Source of the DNA: Cycas panzhihuaensis
Lineage: Eukaryota; Plantae; Cycadophyta
DNA: 64,000 nucleotides
Assembly (NCBI GenBank): GCA_023213395.1
Contig: CM041465.1
Span: forward strand, 58,845,741 to 58,909,740
Direction: 5' to 3'
Of the stretch, positions 1 through 13,200 are shown in pieces. Each line of letters opens with the position of its first letter. Position 1 is the first letter of the stretch. The notes below the pieces were generated by a model. The model was not told where the DNA came from. It saw only the letters and a list, made by a program, of their open reading frames with translations, and searched no databases. Both the position numbers and the translations under genes were made by a program.

Positions 1-930
1 ACAGGATTAGAGAACTTATTCATGACGACATATTTCAACTGGAATACTACCCCATAGCAGATCAAGTGGTTAATATCTTCATCAAGCCACTGTAAAAGGT
101 GAAGTTTGAACAGTTTCAAAGGTAGCTCAGCCTTAGGGCCTCCATCTTTGACTTATCAAAGAAAATAGCAACAAGATCATCATACTCTATTCTCTTCGTG
201 AAAACCCCTGGTGGGCATGGAAGAATAAAAGTAAGTCTCTGCTCTATCCTATTTGTGAAAACCCCATGTGGGCACAGAAGGATAAGGGTTGTACTAGTTT
301 TAAAAAATTAAAACTTGTGAAAACCCAAAAGTGCAAAGGGGATGACCAAACAGTATATGGAGACTTAGCAGATTAAGCTACACATTTAAGTTAATTGGCT
401 ATCAGGCTACATCAAAGAGCCACCTTAGCCATTTTAATTTATAAAAGGGGCTATAGATCTTAGAAAGTTCGTGGGTTTTTATTCCCTATGAGGGTTTTCC
501 CACAAAAATGTCATTTAGAATTTCAATATAATAATGAGGCTCAAATGAAGACCTCATAGAATAGATTTTCTCAAAAATGACCTTCTACCATTAAGGGGGG
601 GATTAAAAGAGGTTAATGTATTAAAGTCATTTGTGTAGATTAATTATGTGACCTCAAGATATATTATTAGCATTATTCCCTTAATGAAATGCACTTTATG
701 TGCATTTAGATGTAATTTCAGGCTCATGTCATTAGGTGAAAAAATCCTAACCCTAATGCTCACCCTTAATAATAAAAGGTAAAATCTTAATGAGGGAATT
801 ATTATTCATTCTCACCTCCAAGCTTACTCTCATATCTTTTTCATTCTTCATTACCATTGTATGCATGTGAGTGATTTATTCCCTAGATACATCCTTTCTT
901 CAGGGGTGTGGTAGAAGAGGAAAGTTTTCA
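1..930 (+). mobile_element. 3' end of a Ty1/Copia element (RNase H C-terminus, PPT, 3' LTR), apparently inserted in the Gypsy-1 gag
   Basis: 1-134 translates RIRELIHDDIFQLEYYPIADQVVNIFIKPL*KVKFEQFQR*LSL (Copia RNase H end); PPT aaggggggg at 593-601; LTR-like sequence ends ...gttttca at 930, where Gypsy gag homology begins. Boundaries approximate. Confidence 0.7.
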
Positions 931-3304
931 ATTCAAATTTTAGAAGCCAAGACCACCAACTTTTAATGGGGAAATTATGAAAGGTAATGAAGCTAAAGCA
1001 TGGTTAGTAAGCATAAAGAAGTATTTTCAACTTAATAGTTTTATTTCTAATGAGAAGGTAAGGTTGGCAATTTATAACCTTACTAAAAATGCATCTTTGT
1101 GGTGGGAACATTACAAGAAGGTGAAGAATATTGGAGAAAGGGAGTTGTGATGGAATAAATTCTACAATTACTTCCAACAAAAGTACCTCTCAAAAAACCA
1201 TTTTGAAAAGATAACAAATGCTTTTATGAGCTAAAGGAAAGCATGATGAAGGTTGAAGAATATGAGAAGGAATTTATGAGCCTTCTTAAATATACTCCTT
1301 ATATATGAGAAGAAAGTATGAAGGTTAGTAGATTCATAAGTGGCTTGAATAAAATAATCTAAGGTCAAATTAAAAATTTAGAGGAAAAAACCTTGAAATA
1401 AATAAATAGGAAAGTGAGGCATTGTAAAGACTAGTGGGTTAAGTAACAAGATAACTACCTTGGATAGAAGGATAAGCTTTATAGAAGTAGGAATAATAAA
1501 AGAGAGGATTTCAACCACCTCCTCCTCGATAAGGTATAAGGAAATATAAGCAATTCTTAAGAGTGTAAAGATCCAATTACACTTATGGAAATTTTCTTAG
1601 AGATGCCTCTCACAATACTCAATTTTAAATGCAATGGAAAAGGACATTATTTACAAGTATCCAAAGAGGCAAAATATAGGAGGTAGATCTTACAACATAG
1701 AGATGCAACAAACAATGATAAGTACAGTCATAAAGAAGGGGTTAATACTGGCATACGAAGCAATAGATGGTTAATAGATAGATCACCAATCTACTATGGT
1801 GTTGGTACAAGTTAAAATCTCTGATTAAGTTATTTTTATATTTATTGATTTAAATAGCATTCATAATTTTATATCATCTAAAATTATAAGGAGGTGTAAA
1901 CTCAAGCCTAATAAGTATGAAGACATATGGGATGTTCTTATGGCAAATAGAAGCAAGAAGATAGTGACTAAATTCATCCCAAACTTTGAGTTGGAATAGG
2001 GAGGATAGAATAGTTGTGTAACCTTTACACCTGATTGGTGGGAAGGACATCAAGATAAAATTAACTGTTATAATAAGTTTATAAAGTATGTGGATGATGT
2101 AGGATATCCTAAGATCATCAAAGAGGAAAAGTCACCTATCTTTATTAGATAAATTTTAGCCATGCAAGTCAAGAAGAGTTTACAAAAAGGTTGCCAAGTT
2201 TACATAGCTTTTTTCAATAATGAATATGGTATAAGAGGGGGCTAAGTTCAAAGACTAACCACTATTACAAGAGTTCTTTGATGTATTTCTAGAAAATTTT
2301 CTTGGTTTATCACCTAGAAGATGGGTGGATTATATTATTGAACTAGTTTTAGGACCAAAATCTATTCCTAAAATGCCATACTAAACATCTACATTGAAAC
2401 TATTAGAATTAAAGATACTATTATAAGAATTATTGGATAATGATTTTATTCAACCAAGTGTGTCACCATAGAGAGCACCTATTTTATTTCTAAAAAAGAA
2501 GAATAAATCATTACAATTATGTATTGGCTACAAGCAACTAAATAAGGTGATGATAAATAATAGATATCTTATTTTAAAGATCAATGATCTATGTGACTAA
2601 TGAAAGGAGCCAAGGTATTCTTTAAAATTAACTTAAGATTAGGTTATCATCAAATTCAAATCAAGGAGGATAACATCTATAAGACAATATTTTAAATCCA
2701 GTATGGGTATTGCGAATCATATTATTATCATTTGGCTTAATAAATACTCTCGTTACAATCATGTGTTTGATGAATAACATATTTCATCAGTATTTAAATA
2801 AGTTTATTATAGCTTTTATTAATAACATTTTGATTTATTCCAAGTCATAATCAGCATGTGAAGAACATTTATGGAGGATATTCTAACTCTTGAGAGAGCA
2901 TAAGTTATATACTAAGTTGAGTAAATGCGAATTCTATCAAAAATGCGCACACTATCTAGGTTATGTTATATTAAAAAAAGAAATCTTTGTTGATTCACAA
3001 AAGGTTAAGGCTATCATGGAGAGGCCTACACTGAGGAATGTGTTTGAATAATAAGTTTTATGGGGCTTATAGATTATTATATAAGTTATATTGAAGGATT
3101 TTCTAGAATTACATATCTAATAACTTCATTATACAGGAAGGGTAAAAAGTTTAAGTGGACTATCAAATATAAGGAAAGATTCTATAAGCTTAAGGTTTTA
3201 TTAATATTTACACTTATTTTTACATTACCAAATCCTAGTATAGGCTATATCATTTACACTAATACTTATGTAGAAGGAATTTGTAGAGTTCTTATGTAAA
3301 ATGG
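931..3304 (+). pseudogene. Gypsy-1 gag-protease-RT segment
   Basis: Degenerate gag and RT (FIQPSVSP, LGYHQIQI, AFINNILIYS); many stops. Confidence 0.85.
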
Positions 3305-5869
3305 TGTTTCCCAGCTACTGGGAATGGACTCGAGACACATTGACGCAGGTTTGTTCAGGTATATTCTCTTACTTTTCTTGCCTTGGTTTGATTAAGGTTA
3401 TTTAGAGTAGTTTGTTTGACATATGCACACTGCCGCACGCGATTGCTTATGCCTTGCTCATAATGCACGTGCCTAATGGCATGCCTTCAGCCTATGACGA
3501 CTCACAGCGGGGCCATTCCTCAGCGAATGTTACACCCCGTATGGCGTACAGCCACCCATGGTGTCTCCACAGTTTCCCGGGATTGTTTTCGCCAGTTTAT
3601 TTGCTCATGCTACGACATGTCGTCTGTGTTGCCGTCCTTCCTAAGTCAAACTCAATCCTTAGTTAGGACTTTTTGGGTTGTTTTGGGTACTTGCCCACTG
3701 CCTGGGCCTTCCCTCAACTGATTTGATTCATGATTAGTTTATGTTTTTGCCTCAAAACCTGATTTTGCTGCTTGTTTTTCTCCTTTTTTAATTTCGGTAC
3801 GTCTGGTGGTAAACTTAGCGATCTGTAAAGTTTGCGGTGGTACCACGAGTTTGCCATGGTACATTGTTTGAAATTTAAAAGAGAACCACGACGATTTCGC
3901 TTTTCAGTAAAGCTGGCGTGCCTTCATTCGATTGGAGGCATACGACATCCCCAACGTTCACCTGTTGTGAACAGGGGATAAAGGGAATTTTCCTCCCCAT
4001 TTTCAGGACTTTTTGCCCATTTTTCAAACTTCCAAGAATCTTCCAAAGGATTGCACACAGGAAAACACACATAAAACAAACAACTTCATGTACAACAACT
4101 GAAGAGGGTGAAACAGGCTGCCATCAGTAGATTTTGCAGGGCCATTGCTGCCCCTCACTACTCTCCACAGCCAGCTCTATTCCCTCTGCAGGTGCTCAGA
4201 GATTCAAGGGTCTCCTTCAACTAAGAAGCTGCCCCAAAGGTTTACTCCACAGCTCCAAACTTGCAAGGAGCCTCTTTCATTCATACCTCAGCAGGAAATG
4301 CTCATAACTAGCTTCTGTTTGGACTCCATTGCTGCTGTTCCAAGTGGCAGAAGACATGCTTAGTCTCTCTACACAAGGCACCCCTTAGTTTTCACTTGCA
4401 ACTTCTTGTTTTTGCTTACACTTCCTTTTCTTTTTTTACTTGCAATCCCTTATCTATATTTGTAATTTCCCTATTTTTACTGGTAAGTATTCCATCCTTT
4501 CCTTCTCCCTGTTTTATCCCCTTTGCTCCTAAATGAAAGTGATCACCATTAGCCATAGCTATCCTGTAGTGCTATCTTGAACCAAAGCCACTCTCCTGGT
4601 GTTTTCCTTGGAGCCCCTCCTTTTTCTTTAGTCTCTCTTTTACTCGCCCCTTAGTCAGCCAGTGCAAGGGCATATACACGAGGATTCGAGGGAGGTAGGC
4701 GGGGTTTCATCCCCCATTGCCGTCCTTCTCCCTAAGGGTTCCGTCCCTTGTCCTCTTCCCCTTGCCGTACACGCTTTCTCAAGGGACGAGTCAAGGAAGT
4801 CTAGGGGACTTTGGCCAGGGCATCCCGACCGGTTTGAGGTAATCCGCATCCACCTTGTTACCACCTGCCGTTTCTTTCCCGAACTCCGTGGAGACCTCCC
4901 GTGGGTGAGTTAGCCCTCCCAAGGCTATACTTAGTTCCATTTAGTGTGTTTGTGGTATACGGCAGTGTGAGAGTTTCTTGTACATTTTTTATTTCGTTTT
5001 GCTACATTCTAATACATAGCTTAGTTTATTTAGTTTAGTTGATTTCAGTTTACATACATATACATATATCTCTCGGCATATTTCGTAGCCTCTCTTCCGA
5101 GAGGAAGGTGCTTTTCATACTTGTTTGCAGGATCGCGTTGGTGGAAGTGGTGCGTGAGACGAACCCGCCGCTGGTTAGCTCCCACACGGTATTTCTCTTC
5201 TTTAGTTTCAAGTTCCTTTTTTCATCCTTTCGCTTCATTTAGTTTCGCATGCTCAAGGGGAGGTAAGTGAACCCCCTTTACCACCGTCAACCGACGTTGC
5301 ATGTGTGGAGAAAGGAGAAAGAGGGAGCAGAACCTAGCGAGATTAGCTGTACTTCTACTCAAACGCCGGATCCAGGTATTCCTCTCGTTTCTTTCGTGTT
5401 TCCTTTTATGCTATTTTTGTCCTTTTGCATTTGCCTGAATAGATAAGAAAGGATAAAAGAACATAAAGAAAAAAGGGGAAAATAATCGTTTCTTTGCATT
5501 TACTCTCTTGCACCAGTTTCTTGCTTTATATAGCATAGGTGTAGAAAGCCCATTTATATTGTACCCTTCAGCTACACATTTCACCACACCCGTTCATACA
5601 CCAAGTTGATTGCCCCTACCTTTGTTGCCTTCTCATTACCTTGAGAAGTCACAACACACAAGGCTTCCCTTTCCTTCCCGACCATCTGAAGGGTAGGAAG
5701 GCCTTATTTTTGCACCTGCCACTGAAGCAACCGGGCACCTTGCGATCCCGAACACACTCCCAAGACACGGATGCCTGCAGTGAGATCCTCGCTACCTAGC
5801 TTAGTTAGCGTAGTGCTTTTTATATCCCTTTTCTAGACGTAGGATCACCGCCCCGTAGAGAGCGTTTCA
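3305..5869 (+). mobile_element. 2565-bp solo LTR of the long-LTR (Tat-like) family
   Basis: Starts TGTTTCCC, ends CGTTTCA; perfect 5-bp TSD AATGG (3300-3304 / 5870-5874); host RNase H frame resumes after it; no PBS, PPT or pol inside; orientation inferred from the PPT-adjacent relative ending at 60890. Confidence 0.9.
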
Positions 5870-5874
5870 AATGG

Positions 5875-6972
5875 CAACGCATTTTTTTATGAGTTATCAA
5901 AATTAAGGGATTATAAAATAAATTACTTAATGTATGATTTAGAGTTGGTTGTAGCAATGTATACATTAAAAAAGGGGAAACATTACCTTTTATAAAAGAA
6001 GGTTGAGTTAAAAAATAACCATGATGGATTAAGATATCTCTTCATATAACATAGCCATAATTGAATGCAAGAGAAAAAAGATGGATGGAGTTCCGATCAG
6101 AGTATAACTTCAACATAAAGCACATCAAAAGGAATGAAATAAGGTTGTGGATACATTAATTCATGAAAGACATATTGCTTCGATTAGTTTAACTTGACCT
6201 AATTTGAGGTTAGTTTATGTTGTTGTTATTAGTATTACTCGACCATACTTAAAACCTATTATCACATAGAAATTATTTAATGATAACTAATACAGATAGG
6301 TGAAGGGCTTTCTAGATAGTTAGAGCCAAAATGGACAAGTGGATTCAAGTTTGACACATAAGTATATGGACTACTATATTTTAGATGATTGACTCATCAT
6401 GTTTTAACATCAAATCTATGTTCTAAATGATGTTTCAATGTGAACATTAATTATGAAAAAAATTCATAATGTTCGCTATGTAGGTCATTCGAGACATCAA
6501 AAGACTCTTATAATTATAAAGGAAAATTTCTTTTGGCCAAGAATGAAGAATGATGTAGTAAGTTATGTTGTTCATTATTCATAGTGTTAGAAGGTTAAGG
6601 CAAAGAACCCACACCTTGTAGTATTATTATAATCTTTAGAAAATCTAAAATATATTTTCATGGATTTCATTATAGATAATAATAGACAAGTTAATATTAT
6701 CAACATACTTCATTCCTATGCAATCAACACATAAAACAATTAACATAGCAAAAATATTCATGAATATTATAATATGACGATACATAATACCAAAAGTAAT
6801 CATTACAATTAGAGATGCAAGTTTACATCCATGTTTTGAAAAGAATTATTCAAATCAATGGGGACTAAGTTAAACTTTAGCATTGTTTATAATCTAAAAT
6901 TAGATGGGCAAACTAAATAAATTAACTAAGTACTTAAGGATATACTTAGGATGTATATGGTAAAACAACCAT
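5875..6972 (+). pseudogene. Gypsy-1 RNase H and integrase N-terminal segment
   Basis: FYELSKLRDYKINY..YDLEL, HHCC zinc-finger remnant (FFWPRMKNDVV), MDFI, DGQT motifs. Confidence 0.85.
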
Positions 6973-7382
6973 TATTACATTTTTACCCTCTACAAGTGGA
7001 GTAGGATAAGCTAGCACTTAGAATGTTAATCATCAAAGGGTTAGTGTTAGTTATTAATTTATATGCATGGGCTACTTATGCCTACCAATAGAATTTAAGG
7101 CCATTTTTTCCACCAATAAAATTTCTTGTAAAAAGGCCTTGTATGCTTATTTAAAGCCAAGTTTTGTAAAGAATAGTTATTGAGTCAAGTTTTCTTCCTT
7201 GAGAGGTCATACTTTAATACTCCTTGTTAGTGTTCATTTAGTGTCTATTTCTACTCAAAGTATTCTCAAGCAAATCTAAGTTATAATTCGGTTTCCATTG
7301 TTAATAAAATTAAAGTTTAGATGCCATATTTCTTGTCTTTTATGCTTGAAGTTGAGGAACCATTGGGGTTTGGTGCATCCCA
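6973..7382 (+). repeat. Gypsy-2 5' LTR
   Basis: Direct repeat of 23117-23505, followed by a tRNA-Met PBS. Confidence 0.9.
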
Positions 7383-8101
7383 AGTGGTATTAAAGCCTAG
7401 TTTAGAATATAATGGGAGTAACAAGTAAAATCAAAGGAAGTTGAAGAAAAAGTATTTTTTTTCTCTTAGCATGTCACTATAAACCCTCTTTTATAATTTT
7501 TGTTTTATTCAAGGTTCTATTTAGTTTTATCTTAGGTTAGTCAAGATGCAATTGGGTAGCAGTCAAGTCCCACCTATTTTCTTAGTGGTTAGGTAGAGAC
7601 CTTATGCTAGGAATCTTTAAATATTATGGGGATCTATTACTACTAAGCTAAGTGTGCATGGCCATACACCTATGTATAAAGCAAAATGGTATAGCAATGC
7701 TTATACAATCTTCAGACAAAACATAGCTACAAAAGTGAGTCTCCATATACTTCGAGTATATTAGAAGACACCTATAAGTTCCCCCTATCAACTTAGATTA
7801 GAAAACCTATCGGTTATTTGTCCCTTTGTGGTACACAAGTTAGCAATTAGTGCCTAGAAGTTACCATTCATGAATACCCATGTATGGCTATTGACCTTAT
7901 GGATATAGATATTCCTTCATAGGTAGTGCCTTGAGATATTAGACCAAGCAACAGTATTAATAGGGAAGTTTATCGAAGGGCTTATAAAGCCAAACAATCC
8001 TATGGTAGGCTCTCTCTTTTCATTTATATAACATCGATGATAAAAGTATTTATTACCAAAATCCTATGATTATTGTACTTTTATTCATATTACTAGAATG
8101 A

Positions 8102-8192
<91 letters not shown>
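8102..8192. repeat. Compound (TA)n(GA)n microsatellite in the Gypsy-2 leader
   Basis: Visible directly in the sequence. Confidence 0.97.
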
Positions 8193-8194
<2 letters not shown>

Positions 8195-9552
8195 TATGTA
8201 ATCCTCGACATTTCATAGCATATCACTTCAATAGAAAGACCACAAATTTGAATAGATACCACTTGTAAAAAACAACAACATTAAAGTATCAAATCTATAT
8301 AGTTCAACTCCCAAGAATCAAAGAAGGTAAGAATTCCATAATCTAGAATCTAATATTATGTTCATGTTCAAATCTTTAGTATAATCTTTCTTATTTAAGT
8401 CCATATCATAGTCAATATTTAGTCAAGTCTAGTCTCCTCATTAAGTTAATCTATTCCACCTCCCTAAGCATCTTAAAAAACAAAAAGGGTAGTCCACAAG
8501 GTCACCTTGTTGAATACTTATCTAATTCAAATGAAACCTACACTATTGGACTTGAAATATTAAAACAAAAAAAAATCCACATCTTCAAAATTTACCATTA
8601 AAGTTTATACATCCTATTTTGATTAGCACATCACGCTAATCAATCTCCACTAAGTTAATTTTTATAGTCGGTTTCAAGGTATAACAACACTTAGGTCCCC
8701 GACGGGCCCTCTCACAAAACAATTATACCTAAACCTCACCCACTTCATTTTGACAAGCTCTTCACACTCATGTAAGTGTACTATGGGGGCTAACAAGTTA
8801 TAAACACTCGCTTTCCCATATTCCCCTCCTTGTTTACATAATCCCCCACTTCTATATAGCCCCTTCTTTCTATCCCTTTCCCTCTTCTCGAAGTGCCATT
8901 CTTATAAGCTATCACACTTCTCAATAACCCTTTCTTTACTTGTTCAAATATGGATTCAACTCCTATAGCACCCACACAAGTAGATCGCATCTAAGCCTTG
9001 GAAAATCACTATGAAAGATTATCAACTAGGCTAAAGACACTCAAGAATGAAGTTTAGTTTTAAAAAGTGACGACTAATTTAGAGGCACTCTCTAATGAAG
9101 TCACATGAATGAAATAAGAATTGGCATAAGAATTGAAGTGAGAAATTTAGGACACCAACCAAGTTCTCAAAGATAATCTTGACTTAAAACTAGACAATAT
9201 ACTATTAATTATCAAATCAAATACAAGCCCATCCACCTCCCACACCCCTCCACCAATCCAACCTACTTACAATAATGCAGGATCCACGCCTTCACTTCAC
9301 CAACATCCAATCTATCATAAAATCATAATACCAGCGTTTGATCTAGATCTTAATGTAGAATCTACCAGAAGTTAGATTAGTAAGTTAGAATCATACTTCT
9401 CCCTAAATCCCATATCACTAGTGGAATAATTAATATTTGCATTGATCCATTTATATGGGAAGACGTATCATTAGTTTCAATGATGGCAAAAAGAGAACCT
9501 GGTAGGATAGACGTGGGACTTCTTTTCTAAAGGATTCTTTGAATAATATAAT

Positions 9553-10191
9553 TGTTGGATATTGTGACAATAATATTTTGGGGCTAAAATTTTGGCATGT
9601 TTTCGGTGCGGTTTCCCCCCCTAATATTTCTTGAGGGGTTCCAAGGGAGGCAGGAGTCTCCCTTGGCTGGGATCCCGTGGAACGCCCCCTACTAAGAGGG
9701 GGTTCGGGGGCAATAGCCCCCGACCTAAAAAATTAGACCTGTAAACCATATTAAAATGTAAAGAGAATCAGGGTCATTCAATACAAATACCCTAGATTCT
9801 ATGATTGAGATTTATGCCTTGGATGTCCCTCTCATATAGCCCAATTTAGGGCTTTTTCTTATTATGTTGTATGTAATGTAATGTACTGCAATGAGGGTAG
9901 CGGCTGGTTATTGTTCCTGAGAGCACTCTACTACTGAGATATACTGTTTCTCCATTCTATAGCAATAAAGATCGATATGTTTCCTACGTGGATGTTTCCC
10001 TAGCACACTACTAGGGTTTTACCACGTTATATCGGGTGCATATGTGATGTTTGGCTTTCATTTTCATGTTATTGTATAATCTTTGATTTTAGAACTTGCA
10101 TGTAATTTTAAGTTTCGATTTCTGTAACTAATTGCAAGAATGCAATAGATCTTGGTAGCGATTAAAGGGTTGGGACCTTGTAGTCTCAACA
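9553..10191 (+). repeat. Copia-2 5' LTR
   Basis: TGTTGG...TCAACA; direct repeat of 14238-14883. Confidence 0.93.
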
Positions 10192-10263
10192 AGTGGTACA
10201 AAGCCACTCTTTTTTTTTTGTAGTGAGTTTGTGAAGGTTTTGGTGTCTACTTTTCTACACCAA

Positions 10264-13200
10264 ATGGCAAAACTAGCAGGTGCAAAGTTCGAGGTAGAGA
10301 AATTCAATGGCAAGAACAACTTTGAGTTGTGGAAGCTAAAAGCACATGATGTTCTTGTATAGTAGGGTTTGTATAAATCCCTTGCAAGTAAATCAAAGAA
10401 ACCCGTAGGGATGGATGATGATGAATGGGATGACTTAGACAAAAAGACACTTAACACAATACGATTGTGCTTGGCAGATGAAGTCTTATTTAACATCGCA
10501 GGGGAGTAGACAGTAGTAGGATTATGGACCTGGTTGGAAGGCTTGTATATGACCAAATTAGTAACGAATTAAATCTACCTGAAGAGGCAACTGTACTCAT
10601 TACGGATAAAGGAAGGTACAAAAATTGCTGACCATCTAAATATTTTCAATACTCTTATTTGTCAATTGACTAGTATCGATGTTAAAATTGAGGATGAAGA
10701 CAAGGTTGTTAACTTGTTATGCTTATTACCTGAATCCTAGGATAATATTGTCACCTCAATTAGTTTTAGCACTACAAATGTATTGGATTATGATTCTGTT
10801 GTGAGTGTTTTGTTAATGGAAGAAGTGCAGAGGAAGTCTAGTCTTGAAACCTCCACACTAGAAGCTATGATGGCAAGGGGTAGAACGATTGAGAGAGGAC
10901 AAAACTCTAGGGATATATCGAGGTCCAAGTCAAAGAGCAAAAAGAGTAATCTTAGATGTTGGCACTATAATAAGATCGATCACCTCAAGAATGATTGCTA
11001 CAAAAGGAAGGAGTTCCAGAAAAAAGAAGATCCTGCCAAGGAGGTGAATCAGGTGGAGTCAAATCAAGGTATGGATGATGATGTCTTGGTTGCTTATAAT
11101 ATTTCTCGTTATCACCATGACTAGTTGTTAAATTCAGGTGATTCACACCACATGTGTCCACACAAGAGTTGGTTCTCATCATACCAACCTCTTGATGATG
11201 GTGATGTGCTTATGGGGAATGAAGTTTCTTGTAAGAAAGTGGGCATCGATAGCATCAGGATTAAGATGTTTGATGGGGTAGTGAGAACATTAACTAAGGT
11301 TAGACATGTACCTGATCTGAAAAGGAATCTGATTTCCTTAGGTGAACTAGATTCGGGTGGTTATAAACATATAGGTCATGAAGGAGTCCTAAAGGTGTCA
11401 AAGGGTGCCTTGGTTGTTATGAAATCCTTAAAGAAAGGAAATCTTTACATTTTAGTGGGAAGTACAGATGTCAGCCAAGCAACTACAACATTAAAGACTG
11501 CAGAAGATTCAGCTCAGTTATGGCATCAGAGACTTAGGCACATAAGTGAGAGAGGACTTAAGGTGCTAATAAACTGTAAGTTGCTTCATAGCTTGCAGCT
11601 TTCAAACTTGGCTTTCTATAGACATTGTGTTTTTGGAAAACAATGTAGACTCAGGTTTAAAGTATGAAGTCACACTAGTAAAGGCATTCTAGATTACATA
11701 CATTCAGATGTATGGGGACCAACTGCTAAAATATCTTGTGGAAGATCATTGTATTTTGTCACATTTATAGATGATTACTCCAGGAAGGTATGGGTCTATT
11801 TTTTGAAAAGGAAATCTGAAGTGTTTAGTATGTTTAAGTAGTTCAAGACTCTAGTTGAGAACAACACTAGTAAGACAATCAAATGTTTAAGAACTGACAA
11901 TGGTAATGAGTTTAACTCTTTGGAATTTGAGAACTATAACAGAGAAGTTGGGATCAAAACACACAATACTACTAGCTATACTCCGCAGTAAAATGGCATT
12001 GTTGAGAGCATGAATAGGACACTCTTGGAAAGAGCAAGAAGCATGCTAAGTAATATAGGAGTGGAGCAGGGCTTATGGGTAAAAGTTGTTCAAATAGCTT
12101 GCTATCTGGTAAACAGGTCACCATCACTTGCAATAAATTACAAGATTCCTAAAGAGGTATGGACTAGACATCCATGTGATTATTCAAATTTAAAAGTTTT
12201 TGGTTATGATGCTTATGCCTGGACTGATAAAAGTAAATGTTCAAAGTTGGACCCAAAATCCAAGAGATATATCTTTGTTGGTTATGATGATAAGGATGGT
12301 GTGAAGGGATACAAGTTGTGGGATCTTACTGCCCACAAAATCACCATTAACATAGATGTCGTATTTGATGAATCTCCCCTTGTAAAATCAGAGAGTGGAG
12401 AAGTTAAAATAAAATAGGAGCAGCAAGCTGAACATCAACAAGTTAAGTTTGAAATGTAGCCATCTATGGAATCAGAAGAGCACGAAGATCTTTTTAAAGA
12501 TGAATCAGCAGCTGATTCAGAGGAGTATGTGGACACTCCTCTGCCAATAGTTAGAAGATCTACATGAGTTAGTCATCCACCTGACAGGTACAACCCTTCT
12601 ATTTCTATTGCTTTGGTTTCTAATGATGGTGAGCCCACATGTTATTAATAAGCAGTAGATGATATCCATGGTGAGAAGTGGAAAAGGGCTATGCAGGAAG
12701 AGATAGATGCTTTGAAGAAAAATAATTCATAGGACTTGGTAGAACTTCCGCATGGTACGAAGATTGTTGGTTGCAAGTGGGTTTTTAAAAAGAAAATAGA
12801 TGTTGATAGAAAGGTTGATAAATACAGGGCAAGACTGGTGGCTAAAGGTTTTGCACAAAAAGTAGGTATTGACTTTCATGAGATCTTTTCACTAATTGTC
12901 AAACTTGTTTTAATTCGAGTACTACTATCATTGGTAGCTTCTCTTGATTTGGAGTTGGAGTAGTTAGATGTAAAAATAACTTTTCTACATGGAGATTTAG
13001 ATGAGGAGATCTATACGGATCAACCAGAAGGGTTTGTACAATATGGCAGGAAAAGACTCGTTTACAGGCTCAAGAAATTATTGTATGGCCTGAAGCAATC
13101 ACCCAGGCAGTGGTACAAGAAGTTTGATGCCTTCATGGAGAGCCAAAATTTCAAAAGAAGTGAGTATGATCATTGTGTTTACTTTAAATTTATGGACAAT

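Noticed and set aside
3412-5242. Several 60-85-aa ORFs inside the solo LTR
   Set aside because: Expected by chance in GC-richer LTR DNA; no domain similarity
8053-8262. ORF with a long SLSLSL run
   Set aside because: Translation of the (GA)n microsatellite
10128-10556. 142-aa minus-strand ORF
   Set aside because: Antisense shadow of the Copia-2 gag and PBS region; no recognisable domain
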